This document shows, piece after piece, positions 58,741 through 64,000 of a stretch of DNA of 64,000 bases (positions within the stretch are counted from its first letter, which is position 1; each line of letters opens with the position of its first letter). A model generated the notes under the pieces. It had not been told where the DNA came from. It saw only the letters and a list, made by a program, of their open reading frames with translations, and made no database searches. This DNA comes from Candidatus Bathyarchaeia archaeon (GTDB taxonomy: Archaea; Thermoproteota; Bathyarchaeia; Bathyarchaeales; Bathycorpusculaceae): the NCBI GenBank assembly GCA_038848695.1, contig JAWCNL010000008.1, positions 26,353 through 90,352 of the forward strand, written 5' to 3'. The position numbers and the translations under genes were made by a program.

Positions 58741-59083
58741 GCTATATACAAATTCGGCAATAGAGCGCTTTGGAACGGCTTTAAGAATAGCTATCGGAAA
58801 AAGAGATTATGGCGGATGTGAGGATTATGCATCACTTGTCGAGCTGGATTATGTAGAAAAAGAAGAACAGTTCGTTATCGTTTTAAAGAAGTTCTTAAGA
58901 CGATTTGATGCATGCGCTCGAAGATGGGAACGGGAACATCCGGGAAGAAGTTCCTTTAAACCAAGCGAAAAAGATTTGGACGAAGTTATAAAATTAGCGC
59001 AAGAATACGGCGTCCGAGTTGTTTGTGCCGCGATAATGTCTCACGCTCTTGTTTATTCAGAAAAAGGAGAAAAAGGACAATGA
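58724..59083 (+). CDS. Putative Cascade small subunit (Cas11/Csa5-like)
   Basis: 119 aa, all-helical, overlapping both neighbours (ATGA junction with cas7). The position matches a small subunit. Confidence 0.4.
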   Translation: MSKLHELYTNSAIERFGTALRIAIGKRDYGGCEDYASLVELDYVEKEEQFVIVLKKFLRRFDACARRWEREHPGRSSFKPSEKDLDEVIKLAQEYGVRVVCAAIMSHALVYSEKGEKGQ

Positions 59084-59985
59084 ATGAAACAATCTACGAA
59101 ATAAGTTTAGTTGGCAGAATTCGAATAGATGCGCATTCTTTGAACAACGAAGGCACAGTAGGCAACGTCACGGAACCACGAACAATAATCTTAGCTAATG
59201 GCGAGAAAACCGACGGCATAAGCGGAGAAATGCTAAAGCACATACACGCGGAAGCCTTATGGCAAATTGCAAAGGAAAATAAAGTGTCCCTTTGTCCAGC
59301 ATGCCAAATTCTTAGTCCAATGAAGGCAGATGGGAATGAAGCAGTCACAAAGATAAAAGAGGCCAAACCTGCTCTAAACGAGGCTTTAAAATGTGCGATA
59401 TGTGACTTGCATGGTTTCTTGGTGCAAAAACCAACTCTCAGTCGTAAATCCACGGTAGAATTCGGCTGGGCTATTGCTTTACCAACTCAGTTCTACCGAG
59501 ATATTCATGTGCATACTAGGGTTGCTGCTGGCGAGAAAGAACGAGAAGAAGGTACTGAAGCAGGAGTCAGTGAGCAGATGATCTACAATAGACCCACAAG
59601 GTCAGGGATCTACGCATTTGTGTCTGTTTTTCAGCCATGGCGCATCGGCTTAAACGAAATTGACTATACATACTCCATTGATGATAACGCTCGAAAAAAC
59701 CGCTACGAACTCGTGCTGGAAGCTTACAAAGCAATGATCGCACGTCTCGAAGGCGCCATGACAACAACACGCTTGCCACATTTCGGAGAATTCCAAGGTG
59801 CAATAGCGATAAAAAAGAACGCCGCGCCGGTTCCAGTCATAAGCCCCTTGGCAGATGGATATATCCAACAGATGAAAACAATAATAGGGCAACAAAACGT
59901 GCAAGAATTTTCCAGTTTAGCCTCATTCATGCAAGAAATCGATAATCTCAAAAGTGCACTGCCATACAAACTTGGGGCACCATAA
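59080..59985 (+). CDS. cas7: Cas7 (Csa2/DevR family)
   Basis: MNETIYEISLVGRIRIDAHSLNNEGTVGN...GISGEMLKHIHAEAL parallels the Csa2 N-terminal signature (SLN..E..GN; ISGE.L.H). ATG 59080 overlaps the upstream stop. Confidence 0.8.
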   Translation: MNETIYEISLVGRIRIDAHSLNNEGTVGNVTEPRTIILANGEKTDGISGEMLKHIHAEALWQIAKENKVSLCPACQILSPMKADGNEAVTKIKEAKPALNEALKCAICDLHGFLVQKPTLSRKSTVEFGWAIALPTQFYRDIHVHTRVAAGEKEREEGTEAGVSEQMIYNRPTRSGIYAFVSVFQPWRIGLNEIDYTYSIDDNARKNRYELVLEAYKAMIARLEGAMTTTRLPHFGEFQGAIAIKKNAAPVPVISPLADGYIQQMKTIIGQQNVQEFSSLASFMQEIDNLKSALPYKLGAP

Positions 59986-59988
59986 CCA

Positions 59989-60699
59989 ATGGTGTGGCTA
60001 GGCGCCAAATACCTATTCGCAAGCGCATTCTCCTATAGAATACCCTATTTTTCATCTAGCTATGCTCTCTGTGCCCCTGCACCAAGCCCTTCCACAATAA
60101 AACTCGCGATTGTAGCTACAGCAATAAATCGAACTGGCAACATTGAAAAAGGCAAAAAACTATTCGAGCAACTAAAATCAGCAAATATCACCACAGAATT
60201 GCCTGAAAAAATAGTTTTCTTCAAAGCTTTCATGAAACGCCTCAAACAAAAAAGAAAAGGGAAAGAAGGAAAAATCCAAACACCATGGGGAACGCTTACA
60301 GAAAGCTTTGAATCAACATTTGGCATACGCGAATACATACTCTACAGTGGCCCCATTACAATATATATTGAAATACCTCAAGTAACTGCAGAAGAAGTGC
60401 GTGCTATTTTAAGAAACATACAATACTTTGGAACATCTGACTCTATCTGCACTTGTTTAGAAAGTAACTTTGCCGAGCCAAATATATCCCGCTGTGCTAA
60501 TCCAGTAAAAGAACAGGCAAAACCTACAAACGGAATAGTCTTCTTGCTATCTGACTTTACCGAAAAAGCAACATTCGAGTCAGTAAATCCGTTTTCAGAG
60601 CAAAAACTAAAAAAAGGCGAAATAACCTTGAAACCCTACATTTTTCCGATAGAGATAGAGAAAAAAGACAAGAACTGCACAATATATCGTCGGTTGTAG
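59989..60699 (+). CDS. cas5: Cas5 (type I-A-like)
   Basis: 236 aa with the N-terminal FSYRIPYFSS...PAPSPSTIKLAIVATAI pattern typical of Cas5. Follows cas7. Confidence 0.65.
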   Translation: MVWLGAKYLFASAFSYRIPYFSSSYALCAPAPSPSTIKLAIVATAINRTGNIEKGKKLFEQLKSANITTELPEKIVFFKAFMKRLKQKRKGKEGKIQTPWGTLTESFESTFGIREYILYSGPITIYIEIPQVTAEEVRAILRNIQYFGTSDSICTCLESNFAEPNISRCANPVKEQAKPTNGIVFLLSDFTEKATFESVNPFSEQKLKKGEITLKPYIFPIEIEKKDKNCTIYRRL

Positions 60700-60704
60700 A
60701 ATGC

Positions 60705-61412
60705 TTATTGTTGTTGGCATGTTTGTTTGTGGCCACATCCTCCTTGGCATTTGTGTTTGCCAACGCGAATGGGCGGTAGCTTTTCATCCCGTATTATCCG
60801 TTTAATGTGTCCCAAAATTCGCTTAACATAACTCTTCATGGATGGTGTAATCTCAACCCTCAAGATTAATTCTTCCGCAATATAATTCACAAAACCTCGC
60901 TTAACCACCGTGCCAAAGCACTCCTCAATAAGCAATGCATAAGCCACAAGCTGATACCTATGATCCATGCGTACTCTGCCCCTGTCAGAACTCATATTTT
61001 TATACTCCACAGGAATGTACTCGCCCTTTGCAGTCTTAATTATGCAATCCACGTTTCCCTGCAATCCAAGCTTAGGCGAATTGAGCGAAACAAACAGTAG
61101 CTTCTCCGCGCCAATAAAATCAGGCGAATAGTAAACTGCGTCCTTACGCCGGAGCTCTCGCCGCACATAGTCCTCATGCTGCTCCTTGCCTTCTTCCTGC
61201 TGCGAACCAAAAATAGGCTGCGCATGCAAAACACGGTCAAAATACACCAAACGCGGACAATAAACATAATGTTTAATATCAGTAACAGAAACAAACTCTT
61301 CCGCAACATCAGATAGGGGCAGCTTCTGCTTCACCCAGCCGTCCTTATACTTACTCAATCCTAAACCTTCTCTAAAATCGCCATAATCTGCGCATACGTC
61401 TCCACGCTGCAT
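60705..61412 (-). CDS. cas4: Cas4 RecB-like exonuclease with Fe-S cysteines
   Basis: N-terminal YVYCPR, a D...EYK nuclease motif (DCIIKTAKGEYIPVEYK), and C-terminal CQGGCGHKQTC. ATG 61412 overlaps the PIN gene by 52 nt. The alternative TTG 61358 starts right after the PIN stop. Confidence 0.85.
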   Translation of the reverse strand: MQRGDVCADYGDFREGLGLSKYKDGWVKQKLPLSDVAEEFVSVTDIKHYVYCPRLVYFDRVLHAQPIFGSQQEEGKEQHEDYVRRELRRKDAVYYSPDFIGAEKLLFVSLNSPKLGLQGNVDCIIKTAKGEYIPVEYKNMSSDRGRVRMDHRYQLVAYALLIEECFGTVVKRGFVNYIAEELILRVEITPSMKSYVKRILGHIKRIIRDEKLPPIRVGKHKCQGGCGHKQTCQQQ

Positions 61413-61873
61413 CGCCAGCCAGCAAAGACCATCTCATTCACCGCCCGTTTAGCCCTTTCTTTGCTCATAATCCCCTCGCAAACCGCCCTCACTAAAACAT
61501 ATGGTGTGCTCGCATACGCGATTCCATAAATCTTTGCAGTCTTCCTCGCTACTTCATCATCCACTACAGCCAAACCATCCAACTCTCGAGCAAGAGCCAA
61601 AACCTCCGCATCAGTCACGTGAAGCCCTCTTGTGCGCAACAACCTCGACAAAAACTCCTTGTCCTCAGGCTCAACAACACGAAACACGTTACTGCTGAAG
61701 AGTTTCTCTAAGACAACCGCGTCAGGGACGCCCTTGCTCTTTCCCTCATCCACAACTTCCCGCTTAACCTCAGGCGATGTCACCTTTTCATCTGGCAAAT
61801 CTCCCAGAACCTTGCTCAATCCAACTTTAGCCAAGTAAATCAGTGGCGTGGAATTGAAGACAAGCAGCTTCAC
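61361..61873 (-). CDS. PIN-like toxin (DUF3368/COG2405-like)
   Basis: 170 aa with an N-terminal VFNSTPLIYL motif and an internal VTDAEVLALA motif. The GTG start overlaps the antitoxin stop (GTGA). Confidence 0.65.
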   Translation of the reverse strand: MKLLVFNSTPLIYLAKVGLSKVLGDLPDEKVTSPEVKREVVDEGKSKGVPDAVVLEKLFSSNVFRVVEPEDKEFLSRLLRTRGLHVTDAEVLALARELDGLAVVDDEVARKTAKIYGIAYASTPYVLVRAVCEGIMSKERAKRAVNEMVFAGWRCSVETYAQIMAILEKV

Positions 61874-62208
61874 TGGTGCTTCGCCGCCGACGCAGCATTA
61901 AACTCATTCTCGACTTCTTCAGGCGTAAATCTAACCCATTCCACATTATGCTGCTTTACCAGATCAGCAAACTCCCACAGCGAAAGTTTGGCCACTTCAG
62001 CAGCTTTGGCAAACGTCACCTTCCCCTCTCGCAGTAATTCCAGAGCCGTCTGCTTCCGCCACTCTGCAATTCCTAACTCGAGAAGGTTCCTAACAACCGT
62101 GGCCTTGTCCAACTTTGCACGCTCGACCACTTCGAGGATTTCCTTCTCGATTTCCTCAGGTATTCTTACTGCTAAAGGTTTAAGCGTCAACACGTTCACC
62201 GTATACAA
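61870..62208 (-). CDS. RHH plus UPF0175 (COG2886-like) antitoxin
   Basis: VRIPEEIEKEILEVVE...ATVVRNLLELGI (ribbon-helix-helix), followed by LLREGKVTFAKAAEVAKLSLWEFADLVKQHNVE (UPF0175 signature). Confidence 0.7.
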   Translation of the reverse strand: MYTVNVLTLKPLAVRIPEEIEKEILEVVERAKLDKATVVRNLLELGIAEWRKQTALELLREGKVTFAKAAEVAKLSLWEFADLVKQHNVEWVRFTPEEVENEFNAASAAKHQ

Positions 62209-62242
62209 AAGATGTCAAATGCATACATAAACCTTCTGCGAC

Positions 62243-62533
62243 TCAGAAATACACTATCTTATCTTTCTCTTCCTTCAACTCGTACCTTTTCGGTTTACCT
62301 ACCTCTTTCCGCCCTTTAAAACACGTGTCGCAAACAGGGTACAACTGCACGTTCTCCATCAAATCCTTAATCAGATTCTTCAAATCCACAAGTAAACTAT
62401 TCAACTCATCCCTACGCAGACTACCAATAAATGCACTATACTGGATACGCTGTAAACCATAATCTTTCAAAGTTTCAGCAACTAAAGCTCGCAGATTATC
62501 GTCCGTAATATCGTAGATAACGATATACCGCAC
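62243..62533 (-). CDS. cas2: Cas2
   Basis: 96 aa. MRYIVIYDITDD...LKDYGLQRIQYSAF is the ferredoxin-fold Cas2 signature. Confidence 0.85.
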   Translation of the reverse strand: MRYIVIYDITDDNLRALVAETLKDYGLQRIQYSAFIGSLRRDELNSLLVDLKNLIKDLMENVQLYPVCDTCFKGRKEVGKPKRYELKEEKDKIVYF

Positions 62534-62539
62534 ATGCCT

Positions 62540-63574
62540 TCACCATCCCAAGCAGAAAGGCACATAATCAGATTCTCTCAAAAGAAAGCGAGCTACACAG
62601 CGCGCTTGAGAATAAATAAAACTTTTCAAAGAACCTTTCTGGCCATTAAACATCACTTCAGAATCCAAGCGCTCCTGAAAGCTCTCTAACAAAATCTTAA
62701 TCACATCCTTGCTTAAAACCCGTCCTTCTTCAACAGCATCAGTAGCCAAAATCTCATTAGGCTTTATAACATTCTTTGTAATCAGCCCCACTAACGTCCT
62801 GTCTACAAGCTGTTGACGAAACTCCTCCATCAAATCCAAAACAAGAGAAGGTTTCCCAGGCCTGTCAGCATGCAGGTACCCAGCGTAGAAATCCAAGCCC
62901 GCGTAGCTGACTGCCTTCCAAACTTCAGGAAAAAGAATAGTCTGATAACCAAAATTCAACATAGCATTAAAAGGGTCACGTGCGCCGCGAGTCTCTCTTC
63001 CAATGAAGCCTAACTCTGGAGGCAAAATCTGTCTAATTGAATCCCAATATAACCTTGCACCTTCAGCCTCCAAATTCATCAGCTGCTGGCGCTTCTCATC
63101 AATTCGCGACCCCTGCTCTCTGCTTATTCGCTCGTTCACTTCATCAATCAGCTTACCTGCCTCGTATAACCTCTCAGCCAATTTTGGGTCAGTCTGCCGT
63201 CTATTCTTCGCCATCAGCTTCAGAAAATTAGCTTGATTACCAAGTTTTCCCGCAATGAATTTTTTAGCCAAAACTAAGCTTCGCACATCATTGTAGGCAA
63301 TGAACTGCTCTCTGCGGGCTCTAACAGAACCAGTCATAGAAGCAGGCATCAAAACAGCATAAGGCCAACCACTATACCGTGCAAAGACAACCTGAATATT
63401 ATTCTCCACAGCCAAGTCTAAAGCGCTTGAAGAAAAAGCAACCCCTGAAGAACAGCAAATAATCGAATCCACATCATCTGCCACAATCTCTTTGGATTCA
63501 CCTGCTTTTTTCAAGATAAACCGATTTCTTTTTCGCCCCAAGAAAATGCCGAAATCATCCAGAAAAATCTTCAT
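62540..63574 (-). CDS. cas1: Cas1 integrase
   Basis: EAEGARLYW, DPFNAMLNFGY, GYLHADRPGKPSLVLDLMEEFR. The likely start is ATG 63574 (MKIFLDDFG). The ORF is open to 63628. Confidence 0.9.
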   Translation of the reverse strand: MKIFLDDFGIFLGRKRNRFILKKAGESKEIVADDVDSIICCSSGVAFSSSALDLAVENNIQVVFARYSGWPYAVLMPASMTGSVRARREQFIAYNDVRSLVLAKKFIAGKLGNQANFLKLMAKNRRQTDPKLAERLYEAGKLIDEVNERISREQGSRIDEKRQQLMNLEAEGARLYWDSIRQILPPELGFIGRETRGARDPFNAMLNFGYQTILFPEVWKAVSYAGLDFYAGYLHADRPGKPSLVLDLMEEFRQQLVDRTLVGLITKNVIKPNEILATDAVEEGRVLSKDVIKILLESFQERLDSEVMFNGQKGSLKSFIYSQARCVARFLLRESDYVPFCLGW

Positions 63575-63597
63575 CAAAATCGCCCCTGCAGAGGCGC

Positions 63598-64000
63598 CTA
63601 CCCATAACAGACGCCATAGAACTGACAATACTCTTTACACTGTGAACGTTCAGGTTTCCCTGGATCTTTTCTTTCAGCCACAATCTCTAACTTCTTGTCT
63701 CGTTCTTCGATCCACCACTGCCTCAGCTCGTCATTCGCAAAAAACATGTCTTTCTGGATACTTATCTTATCGCCCTCGACGTTTAGGTAGACAGTGCAGC
63801 AGATGTCAACTGGCACTTCATGAACACTTTCAAACACCAAAGCGTAACCAACAGAATAAAGCCTATGCCATTCTTCTTTCACACTTGTTACTTTCAAATC
63901 AAAAATTATTGCTCTAAGATAATCATAGCAGTCCACGCTGAGAACATCGCTTAATCCGAGTAGCTCCCCCGAGATTCTGTGCTCAACAAGAAAGGGCACA
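63598..64000 (-). CDS. Csa1/Cas4-like RecB-fold protein, partial (N-terminus beyond the window edge)
   Basis: The ORF runs off the window end. It has an FDLK nuclease-like motif and C-terminal CKEYCQFYGVC cysteines, and lies directly upstream of cas1 as in type I-A csa1-cas1-cas2-cas4 modules. Confidence 0.6.
   Translation of the reverse strand, partial: VPFLVEHRISGELLGLSDVLSVDCYDYLRAIIFDLKVTSVKEEWHRLYSVGYALVFESVHEVPVDICCTVYLNVEGDKISIQKDMFFANDELRQWWIEERDKKLEIVAERKDPGKPERSQCKEYCQFYGVCYG

Overview
This is an archaeal chromosomal segment. The evidence is archaeal-type ribosomal proteins (uL3-uL4-uL23-uL2-uS19, L37e), an LSm protein, a GINS-MCM operon, an intron-containing tRNA and Csa-type Cas proteins. 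I cannot assign the lineage from sequence alone; a Thermoproteota/Bathyarchaeia-like anaerobe is only a guess. Coding density is high.

Left to right, the window contains:
- tRNA-Ala with a vapBC cassette bounded by a duplicated tRNA 3' half.
- gap-pgk-udp.
- An intron-containing tRNA-Ser.
- A large secreted PQQ-type beta-propeller protein.
- A radical SAM/SPASM protein with a long N-terminal extension.
- An MgtE-like transporter with two PhoU/TrkA-C regulators.
- ahcY.
- A split APH-like kinase and P-loop kinase pair flanking a PHP phosphoesterase.
- gdhA, gins-mcm-wecB and the ribosomal protein cluster, which stops after uS19.
- A redox and metal stress cluster: fprA-osmC, a protein disulfide oxidoreductase, copA and a small TRASH protein.
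- A parvulin, and the LSm-L37e pair.
- An FrhB/FpoF-like flavoprotein.
- An 11-gene complex-I-ordered operon at 44.5-54.1 kb.
- A type I-A-like CRISPR-Cas locus at 54.4-64 kb with no array in the window.

The most interesting observations:
1. The nuoA-B-CD-H-I-J-K-L-M-N-ordered operon has catalytic subunits that keep intact [NiFe]-hydrogenase signatures.
2. The Cas locus has a fused helicase-HD Cas3, an unrecognisable large subunit, and a PIN/RHH toxin-antitoxin pair inserted between cas2 and cas4.
3. tRNA-linked direct repeats suggest old integration events.
4. Several small ORFs fall below the ORF-track cutoff, and one 60-aa track ORF (15835-16017) also looks genuine.
5. A 52-nt sequence is conserved in two intergenic regions.

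All family assignments come from motif recognition by eye. No database search was run.
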